Assembly: GCA_017938885.1 (NCBI GenBank)
Contig: JAGBAS010000093.1
Location: 3,190-67,189, forward strand
Direction: 5' to 3'
Length of the DNA: 64,000 nt
DNA from: Clostridia bacterium
Lineage (GTDB): Bacteria > Bacillota > Clostridia > Oscillospirales > CAG-272
Positions 52,507-60,335 of this stretch are shown here, in pieces. Under the pieces are notes generated by a model that saw only the letters and a program-made list of their open reading frames with translations, was not told the DNA's origin and did not search any database. Position 1 is the stretch's first letter. The number at the start of each line of letters is the position of its first letter. The position numbers and the translations under genes are program-made.

Positions 52507-52746
52507 TTATGATTCGAATACGTTGTTATCCGCGGTGGGAACATGATAGCAGAACTCGCTGTCAGATGTGATGTCACAGCCTTTCATGAAAATGATGAAA
52601 CCGTTATCGTCATATCCGCAGCTTTGCCCGTCAGAAAAGGTTCCCACGTGACGGCAGCCGGACGATGCGTTGGAACTCAAAGAAAATTCAACGGCCATGA
52701 CGTCAGGCTTGGTATAAACTTTCGTCTTCTTACTGTTGTTCTTCAT
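52507..52746 (-). CDS. Candidate RiPP precursor peptide (79 aa; Lys-rich leader; core with 4 Cys and many Asp/Glu/Ser/Thr)
   Basis: MKNNSKKTKVYTKPDVMAVEFSLSSNASSGCRHVGTFSDGQSCGYDDNGFIIFMKGCDITSDSEFCYHVPTADNNVFES, with Cys at residues 31, 43, 57 and 66. RBS gaggaaagga. It is the first gene of the cassette. Confidence 0.6.
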   Translation of the reverse strand: MKNNSKKTKVYTKPDVMAVEFSLSSNASSGCRHVGTFSDGQSCGYDDNGFIIFMKGCDITSDSEFCYHVPTADNNVFES

Positions 52747-52780
52747 AGTGTTCTTATCCTTTCCTCAAAGGTCGTACCGA

Positions 52781-55700
52781 TCAAGAGCGCTTACGGCCTA
52801 CGAAAACGTAGGCTGCAAGCATGGCAATCGCAACCAGAGATCCCGTGCCGATCACGGAGCCGCATCCGGCCAGATCCTCGGTCGGTTCCTCCGTCAGGCC
52901 TTCGGTTTCACGCGCACCGTCAGTTTCGACAGGCGCAGGATCCGTATCTGTCACAGGCGCGTTTCCATCGGCAGGTTCGGTCTCGTCCGCGGTCTCGTCC
53001 TCAGCGGTCTGTTCCCCGTCGGGCTGACCCAGGTTGTCAACGGGAGGCTGACCGTCTCCGTCGTCGGGCAGGGGCTCGACTGCGGGGGGAGCGATCTCGG
53101 TCTCATCGCCGTCCACAGGCTTATCCCCGTCGGAAGCACCGCCGTCCGCCTCGGGAGCGCCGGAGCTGTACAGCAGGGCCATGACCTCGATACCCTCCGA
53201 AAGAGTCTCGGGATCCACCACGGGCCGGACCATGACGCCGTCCTGCTCAAAGGTGAACTTGAAGCCCGTGAAGGAGATCACGGAGGAGGTGTCGTGGAAG
53301 TACTCCCGATCGCTGTGGGAGAAGGTGATGACAGGGGTCTCGTAGTAGGCCACCTCACCGTTCTCGTCGGTCACGGGGGTCCAGGTGATGTGGTTCATAG
53401 GATAGAACATATTGGCTGCGCCATGGACGTGGAGGAAGTCGTGGGCACCGTGCTTGATGACGCCGTCGGTACCGACGGCCATCTTCACGCCGATGTGGGT
53501 GGCAGTCGGAATGGCCGTAGCGGTGAGCTTGAAGGAGATGCCCTGGCCCTTGGCGAGATAAAGCTCATTGTTGGGGCCGGGATTCTCGTAATCCTTGATG
53601 CTGACCGTAGCGTCCTTACCGTCGATGAAAACCACACCGGGGAGGGTCTCCTGATCCCGGATCTCACCGATCCCCAGGACCAGATCCTTCATGGTCATGT
53701 AGAAGGGAGCATACTCCTTATCGGCCTTATGGGCATTGTCCGCGGTCTCGTTGCCCTTGGCGGGATCGTAAATGCGGATGGAGTCCAGCACGAAGGTACT
53801 GGTGCCGTCGGGATACAGGTAGTCCACACTCTCCAGGAAGATCACGCTGATCTTCACGGTGTAGGCGGCCTGCTCCAGTCCGCTGAGCTTGATCACAGGG
53901 ACCTGCCATACCGTATCCTCGGAGGAAGCGTTGGGCTGCCAGCCCTCTTCCTCGGAGTAGGTATAGCCGTAGTAGTTGTTGACCGACTTGGAGGCGACCT
54001 TATGGCCATCCTTGTCGTATACCGTCACCAGGATGGTGGCGCCCACGTTATCAGTCAGGGAGATGATATCGAAGCCGGTCCCCGTGAAGGTAAAGGTAGC
54101 GGTGGGAGCGGTCCGGGGATTACCCAGATCGAGGTTCACGGTGACGGCCTTGGCACCGCCGTTACTGAAGGTGGCGCAGGAGGTGTAGGAGGGATCGAAG
54201 CCGTAGACGTTATTGGCGTCGAGGCTGGCGAGATTATTGAAGCCGGGACGGTCCACGCTCTGAGGAGCGTTGGGATCGGCCGTACCCACGTCGGTCCACA
54301 CGCCCAGGGTATCGGTGGCGGCGGAGGAATCCTCAAAGGTGAGGAAGTCCTCCTCAAAGTACATATTGGCGGCGGGGATGACCGTGATGGTACCGTAGTA
54401 GTAGCGACTCTCGTACAGCACCGCATAGGAGAAGATCTCCGGCTCGGTCATGTTGGTGCCCACGCCCTGTCGGAGGGCGTAGCGGATCCCGTTCGGGGTG
54501 ATGGTGGCGGTGCCGAACTTGCCCTCATAGACGGTGCGCAGAGTACCATCCGCGACGAAGGAGGCGGACAGATGAGCCTCGCCGTTGACGCTGGCCGACG
54601 TGGTGTGGGGACCGACGGCGACGATACCGCCCTTGTTGTAGAACATATCGTTCAGAAGGGCCTGGATGTTCACGGGCTGACCGTAGTCGATGACTACCAC
54701 GTCGCTGACGGGCTTGACGGTGTAGACCACGGCGAACCACACGATGGTGTGGGTGTAATCGTAGGCGGGATCGTCCTCCTCCAGCTCGTTGGTGAACTGG
54801 TAGCTGTCGTGACCCGTTACGTAGGTAGAGGAGGTGGGGACGTTGCCCTTACCGATGGTCCAGGCGCTGGCACCCAGAGCGGATCTGACGTGGACGGTAT
54901 AGGTCGCGTCCTTATCGTAGAGCTCGTAGCCCTCGGGCAGATCCTGCGCGGCCAGCTCGGCGGCGTTCAAGGACACCGTGGAGTTGAGCAGGGCATAGAA
55001 GGTGGGGGTGGTGATATTCAGGCGGTTGGCGAAGGAGCCGGTCATGCCCATCTCCTGATTGACCAGGGACAGACCGTTCTCATCTACCAGGTAGAAGGCA
55101 TAGCGGACGGACGCGGCCTGCCACGGGATCTGGGGAGACACGGTCTCGCGGTAGGCATCGTTACCCAGCCAGTTGGTGTAGTACAGGATCGCGCTCTGGT
55201 TGGTATTGTAGGTGCCGGGCTCCAGCTCGCCCTCCATGGAGCCGTCCAGATAGACGTAGTAGGACAGCACCATGTCATGCTGGTTGATGGTACCCATATC
55301 CCAGTAGAAGGACTCGTTGGCCAGCAGGTAGTCCTCGGTGCCGTCCAGATCCGAGTCGATCATCACGGAGTAGTCGTTGGTGTTGTACCAGAAGTGACGG
55401 GCATAGATAACGCCGTTTTGCATGATGTTTCCGCCGAAGATGCTGGAGTATGCCTCGGTACCGTCGGCGTTGAAGGTGACGGTCTCCACCACGGTGCTCA
55501 TTCCGTTACGGGTACCGATCTTATCGTGGGGGATGATACCCGCCTCCACGTCGGCGTGGGTGTACAGACCGTACAGGGTGAACTTGATCTCGGGCAGGAT
55601 GCTGCGGTTCTCGAAGCGGCCCTCGCTGTTCAGGAACCTGTAATCCACCCGGGACATCTGAAGGTCGAACTGCTTGCCCATGGTGTCCACGAAGTAGGCA

Positions 55701-58700
55701 TCGGTGGCGGCGTAGTTGATCTCCTGACCGATCATGTGGAAGGCATTGTGGAGATCGTCGGCGGTGTTGGCCTCGTAGTACAGAAGATCCTTGTTGGAGG
55801 AGATATTGCGAAGGACAGTCCGCATGGTCTCCAGCTCGATCCTGTTATCCTTGGCCAAGCAGAAGCCGATGGAGAACATGGTCGCGCCCAGACCGGGCAA
55901 GGTATAGATGTTCTGCTTGTCGGTAGCCTCCAAATAGCCCTCCAAGCCATTGGTATTCTTACGGACAACGGTGTAGCGCTGCGCGGGATCGCCCTTGATG
56001 GCCTCGGCCATCCAGTGCTTGCCCTCGGGGTTGTAGTAATTCTTGTTGGCGTTCCGATCGAACATGGAGTCGGTCACGGTACCCGTGAGCCAGTTGTTCC
56101 AGTTGGAATTGGAGGACGAGCCGCTGAAGTAGTTGTACTGGTAGGGCGCACCGTCGGACATGAAGATCACGAAGAGGTCGCGGTCCTCATGGGCCTCCTC
56201 ATTCGCCTGCTTCACAGAGGAAGTGATCTGGTAGACCACATCAAAGGCGTAGTCATAGTTGGTACCCGAATGGGTCGTCTGCAGGCGGATGGGCGTTTTG
56301 CCCTCGTCCTTATACAGAACACCGTTGCGCACGTCCAGATCGTGCACGCTGACCAGCGAGTCCGCGGTCATAGTGCCTTTTCCGGTATACACGTTACCGC
56401 CCACGCTGCTCGACGTACCCTGCGTAGAGGCATTCACAAGGTGATCCTTGCTCTCCAGGTAGTAGGGGTAGCCGGAGCCGAGGTAGTTGTTGAAGTCGGC
56501 GATGGAAACACGGATATCCATGGGCTCGCCGTCCTCACCATCTCTTTGCAGCTCGGCGATCAGCTCGGACAAGGACTCGGTGAGGACCTCCTGACGGGAG
56601 ACACCGTTCAGGTAATTGTTTCTCATGGAGCTGGAGGTATCCAGCATGATAATGACGTCAGCGCCTCGCTTCACGGGAACGCCCGTGGCGGACAGCTCGA
56701 CTCTGGCCACGCCCGTGTTGTTGAAGTCGATGGCGGTCGTGCCCTTGTTGACGCGGATGGAGCCCTCGTGGGGGAACTCGGGGTAGTTGTTGACGTAGAC
56801 GTTCAGGGTGTAGCCGGGGATGCGCTGATCGGCGTAGACGATGGTCAGATCCTCATAGACACCGGGCTTGCGGAGGTTGAAGTCACCCTCCAGCATATCC
56901 GTCGTAACGTGCTGACGGGCGGAGGTGCCGTCGGAATAGGTCACGTGCAGGATGGAGCCGGTGTTGGTGTTGTCACTGGAGGCAGAGCCCACCATAGGAT
57001 CGCAGGTGATGGAAGAGATGGCGCGGGCCTTGACGGTGACCACGTACTTGGTGATCTCCACACCGTTGTACCGAATGGACAAGGTGTAGTTTCCTGCCGT
57101 AGTGGGATCCGCGGTGCCCTCGATGGTGTAATCGTGGACGATCTTCTTGTTCGTGCCCTTAGTATCAGTAGCGGTGAAGATGGAGAAGGACTCGCGGATG
57201 ACGTGCTTGAGGGCATCGTAGCTGCCGTATACCCCCGCAGGGATGGTCACGCCCGAGGAGCCCAGGAAGCTGGCGTACAGGGAGGGGGTGGAGGTCGTCT
57301 CCTCAGCCATCAGGTACACGCGGTTGGTTCGGCTTCCGCCGCCCATCACAAAGGTATTGCGGATATAATACTTTTGGTTGCCGGAACCCGTGTACAGACC
57401 GTATTTACTGTCGAGCTTCCAGGTCGTATAATTATCGTTCTTGTTCGTCGTGAAGCTCAGTGCCTGCTTCCTGTCATTTCCCATGAGGTAGTACACGGTG
57501 CCGTCTTCAGCGGTGTGGGTGAATCTGCTGCCGTCGTACGTCCAGATCATGCTGTCCGTAGCCGACTCAATGTAGTTACCGTCGTGGTTGTTCTGAAGAA
57601 CGGTGACGGTCTCCTGCGTCAGCTTATTCTCGCCGAAGGCAATGACCTTGCGGTCGCCCCGGCTGTAGCTGTTCGAGATCAGGTAGCGCTCACCTTTGGT
57701 CAGCGACTGCGAATACCGCCAGATGGAGGTCTCCGAGGAATCCACGTGGATCCAACCGTGATCCACGGTCTCGGGGCCGTACTCGGGAGACTGTACGTTG
57801 TTGCTTACCTTCAGCGAAATGGTCTCGCTATTCTCGTAGATGCGGGCGGAGGGATCGTACATGGTGCGCTCCACCTCGTCCAGACCGTAGTCCGCGCCGT
57901 AGTTGCCCTTGGCCTTCAGATTATGAAGGCCGCTCGCATCGAAGCGGTTGATCTCCACGCGATCCTCATAAATGGCAAAGGTGGTCATGGTCAGGGCAGT
58001 ATCGACACCACTGCCCATGTCCTCGTAGTAGCCGGTAAAGCCGGCGTTCATGTAGGTGAACTTCAGGGTATAGCGATCGTAGCCCGTCTTGGTGCCGTCG
58101 GCAACGGGGAGGACGTTACCGGGGCGCAGGAACACGGAGGAGCCGCCCAGGTAATCATCCCAGCCGTGGGAGTGATCGTGACCGTACAGGTAGATGATAT
58201 CCAGGCCATCCCCTGCCGCGTGGTTGTTGAGCACCTTGATCAGCTTGTCCGCATAGCGGGCATCACCGTCGCGGTAGGTACGCATGGAGTAATGCAGGGG
58301 CAGGTGGGACACCACGAAAATGGGCTTCTTGTAGCCCTCGGCGGCCTTGGCGGACAGGTACTTGTCTAGAGCCTCGGCGGTGGCGGCGACCGTCGCCTCG
58401 TCGGTGTTCTGGTGCATATAGTCCTTCTCGTTGATGACGAACACGCCGTAGTGGTCCGTATCGTTGTTCCCGCTGGGGGACAGGACACCGCTCGACACCA
58501 GTTCGTCGGGGTCGTGGTTGCCCTGAGTGAAGACGTAATCCTCAATGCCCAGTCCGCTTCCCTCCACGGTCTGGGCTAAGGTATCCTTGCCCTGCTCAGA
58601 GGTGTCGTAGTCATAGTCATAGTCGCCCGCGAACAGAAGGCCGTACGCCGAGGGATACTTCTGGCGTATGGCGATCAGGATGGCGTTCACGTTGGCAGAG

Positions 58701-58876
58701 CTCTGCCCGTGACCGTTGGGGCTCTGGAAGTCCGAGCCGGCCACGACGACAATGGGCTCCTCTGCGGCGGAAAGGGCCGCAGAAAGTCCCTCCGCGAAAA
58801 CGCCGAGGGGCAGGACGCCCACGATCATAACGATGGCGAGCATGGCGGATGCGTATCGTAGGAATCTCTTTTTCAT
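52781..58876 (-). CDS. Giant (2031 aa) surface protein: N-terminal metallophosphoesterase, long beta-rich region, vWA domain with MIDAS, acidic tail, C-terminal GCGS-TM-RKRS anchor
   Basis: Signal peptide ...GVFAEG. GSDFQ, FAGDYDY, QGNHD and YGHDHSHGW. vWA: VIIMLDTSSSM (DTSSS at 56627-56641) ...VIFMSDGAPY. The C-terminus is LAGCGSVIGTGSLVAIAMLAAYVFVGRKRS. Confidence 0.85.
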   Translation of the reverse strand: MKKRFLRYASAMLAIVMIVGVLPLGVFAEGLSAALSAAEEPIVVVAGSDFQSPNGHGQSSANVNAILIAIRQKYPSAYGLLFAGDYDYDYDTSEQGKDTLAQTVEGSGLGIEDYVFTQGNHDPDELVSSGVLSPSGNNDTDHYGVFVINEKDYMHQNTDEATVAATAEALDKYLSAKAAEGYKKPIFVVSHLPLHYSMRTYRDGDARYADKLIKVLNNHAAGDGLDIIYLYGHDHSHGWDDYLGGSSVFLRPGNVLPVADGTKTGYDRYTLKFTYMNAGFTGYYEDMGSGVDTALTMTTFAIYEDRVEINRFDASGLHNLKAKGNYGADYGLDEVERTMYDPSARIYENSETISLKVSNNVQSPEYGPETVDHGWIHVDSSETSIWRYSQSLTKGERYLISNSYSRGDRKVIAFGENKLTQETVTVLQNNHDGNYIESATDSMIWTYDGSRFTHTAEDGTVYYLMGNDRKQALSFTTNKNDNYTTWKLDSKYGLYTGSGNQKYYIRNTFVMGGGSRTNRVYLMAEETTSTPSLYASFLGSSGVTIPAGVYGSYDALKHVIRESFSIFTATDTKGTNKKIVHDYTIEGTADPTTAGNYTLSIRYNGVEITKYVVTVKARAISSITCDPMVGSASSDNTNTGSILHVTYSDGTSARQHVTTDMLEGDFNLRKPGVYEDLTIVYADQRIPGYTLNVYVNNYPEFPHEGSIRVNKGTTAIDFNNTGVARVELSATGVPVKRGADVIIMLDTSSSMRNNYLNGVSRQEVLTESLSELIAELQRDGEDGEPMDIRVSIADFNNYLGSGYPYYLESKDHLVNASTQGTSSSVGGNVYTGKGTMTADSLVSVHDLDVRNGVLYKDEGKTPIRLQTTHSGTNYDYAFDVVYQITSSVKQANEEAHEDRDLFVIFMSDGAPYQYNYFSGSSSNSNWNNWLTGTVTDSMFDRNANKNYYNPEGKHWMAEAIKGDPAQRYTVVRKNTNGLEGYLEATDKQNIYTLPGLGATMFSIGFCLAKDNRIELETMRTVLRNISSNKDLLYYEANTADDLHNAFHMIGQEINYAATDAYFVDTMGKQFDLQMSRVDYRFLNSEGRFENRSILPEIKFTLYGLYTHADVEAGIIPHDKIGTRNGMSTVVETVTFNADGTEAYSSIFGGNIMQNGVIYARHFWYNTNDYSVMIDSDLDGTEDYLLANESFYWDMGTINQHDMVLSYYVYLDGSMEGELEPGTYNTNQSAILYYTNWLGNDAYRETVSPQIPWQAASVRYAFYLVDENGLSLVNQEMGMTGSFANRLNITTPTFYALLNSTVSLNAAELAAQDLPEGYELYDKDATYTVHVRSALGASAWTIGKGNVPTSSTYVTGHDSYQFTNELEEDDPAYDYTHTIVWFAVVYTVKPVSDVVVIDYGQPVNIQALLNDMFYNKGGIVAVGPHTTSASVNGEAHLSASFVADGTLRTVYEGKFGTATITPNGIRYALRQGVGTNMTEPEIFSYAVLYESRYYYGTITVIPAANMYFEEDFLTFEDSSAATDTLGVWTDVGTADPNAPQSVDRPGFNNLASLDANNVYGFDPSYTSCATFSNGGAKAVTVNLDLGNPRTAPTATFTFTGTGFDIISLTDNVGATILVTVYDKDGHKVASKSVNNYYGYTYSEEEGWQPNASSEDTVWQVPVIKLSGLEQAAYTVKISVIFLESVDYLYPDGTSTFVLDSIRIYDPAKGNETADNAHKADKEYAPFYMTMKDLVLGIGEIRDQETLPGVVFIDGKDATVSIKDYENPGPNNELYLAKGQGISFKLTATAIPTATHIGVKMAVGTDGVIKHGAHDFLHVHGAANMFYPMNHITWTPVTDENGEVAYYETPVITFSHSDREYFHDTSSVISFTGFKFTFEQDGVMVRPVVDPETLSEGIEVMALLYSSGAPEADGGASDGDKPVDGDETEIAPPAVEPLPDDGDGQPPVDNLGQPDGEQTAEDETADETEPADGNAPVTDTDPAPVETDGARETEGLTEEPTEDLAGCGSVIGTGSLVAIAMLAAYVFVGRKRS

Positions 58877-59044
58877 CGTACACTCCTTATATTGTCAAAC
58901 TATATGGACATTGATCGATAGAGGCAGAAAAGCACTTAGATATGAATAGGAGGCAACGAAGCATGGGCAAGCCGCACCTGCGTACCGCCGACGGCCCATC
59001 CCTTGTATCACAATGCCGTTTCATGCTCTTCTTCTGCGAAAAGG

Positions 59045-59073
59045 ATTATACCACGAATAGACGGATTTGTCAA
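59045..59073 (-). promoter_or_regulatory. Perfect-consensus sigma-70 promoter of 52781-58876, with a 5' UTR of about 160 nt
   Basis: The minus strand reads TTGACA (59068-73), N17 (aatccgtctattcgtgg), TATAAT (59045-50). Confidence 0.65.
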
Positions 59074-59314
59074 TAACATTCCCAAAAAAACGCATAAATC
59101 ATCTATATGAACAGATCGGTCTCCACAACGCAACCGATCCGCCTCCGCTGGAGAGGAGCAGGTGACCGGGCATCCAAAAGGGCGCAGCCAAATGCTTTTC
59201 AGAAAAGCAAACGGCAGAGCCCTTGGTTTGACAAAAGAAACAGATGCAAAGTAACGATTCCAGTTATCATCGCTTAAGACGGCTTTCGGCGGAACACCGT
59301 CCGATGCGCTTCTC

Positions 59315-60216
59315 TCAGAGCTTTTCCTTTTTGCTATATGCGGAAGGAGAGATCCCGTGCGCTTTGGTAAAGGAATTGATGAAGAAAAAGTAATCCTCAA
59401 AGCCGCAGTCGCGGGCGGTATCCTGTACCGACCTCCCCAGGCTGAGCAGCTGCGCCGCGTGATCCATGCGGATACGCATATGATACTGCTTGGCTGTACA
59501 GCCGAATTGGGTTTTAAAGACCTGGTTGATATGGTGATAGCTCCGATCCAAAGCCTGCTCATAGTCCTGCACCCGTAATGGGGCACAGGCATTTTTTTGT
59601 ATAAAAAACAACGTCTGCTCAGCCAGGGTGCCGTGCTTCTCCAGCTTCGGATTCTTTTGACAGCTCAGGCTGATCAGCGACAGCAGGGCCCGAAGCTGCT
59701 GTGTCAGAAAGCCGCGGTCGGCATAGGGACTGAGGTAAAGGCTGTACAGGATCTCTGCGTAGGCCAAGCAGTCGATCTCGCAGGGGAGCGATCCGATCAT
59801 GGGGAGAAGCAGTCGGGAGGCATCGACCCGCATCGGCGCTTCGACTGCTTTGCCTTGCATAGAAAAATGGAAAAAAACGCCGCATGATCGTCGTACTCCA
59901 ACGGATCGACTTGTGTATGGGGAGGAAGAAGGAAGAATTCATTCATTCCGATGCGGAGCTTTTCTCCGTTCAGCAACAATGTCCTCTGTCCTTTTTTCAC
60001 GATCACGAAGATCCAGAAAGGAAGCTCCTTACAGGAAGGATGTCGGGAAACCGTATCGACGAATCCCATATCCCGAAGGTTCAGATCGCCCTCCAACAAA
60101 TGCCATGTACTGTGATGCACCGTGTTTGCCTCCCGTTTTCCTATAGATACGTTTTCCGCGGATGCGCTTTTTTGTGAAACAGAAAGAAATATTTCATGTC
60201 TTTCGGAAACCGACAT
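59315..60216 (-). pseudogene. AraC-family regulator split by a frameshift at a homopolymer
   Basis: The cupin half (59797-60216) and the HTH half (59315-59860; ...HINQVFKTQFGCTAKQYHMRIRMDHAAQLL...DCGFEDYFFFINSFTKAHGISPSAY) overlap in different frames. One extra T in the T7 run (59871-59877 on the plus strand) would join them as ...DDHAAFFFHFSMQGKAVE... Confidence 0.75.
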
Positions 60217-60335
60217 CCAATTTTTCTATAAATATTAGACACAATTTCCATATGAATGTCAAGGGGAATGTGTTATTATGAAAACGATCCTTCAGATCTT
60301 GATCCGCGAGAAACCACAAAAAGGAGATACCCAAA

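Noticed and set aside
52736-58369. 1877-aa plus-strand ORF, the longest plus-strand ORF in the track
   Set aside because: It is a shadow ORF antisense to the well-supported 2031-aa minus-strand gene. Its composition is dominated by G, V, L, H, D and R, it has no domain motifs and no RBS. The minus-strand frame carries a signal peptide, phosphoesterase and vWA motifs and an anchor.
1381-58876. LPXTG sortase signals on the large surface proteins
   Set aside because: None of the C-termini contains LPXTG or a close variant. The recurring signature is GC[GSK]S, reported separately as a finding.
59008-59592. 194-aa minus-strand ORF spanning the AraC 3' end and the promoter region of the giant gene
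   Set aside because: It is in a different frame from the AraC HTH half that it overlaps. Its translation is low-complexity and it has no RBS.
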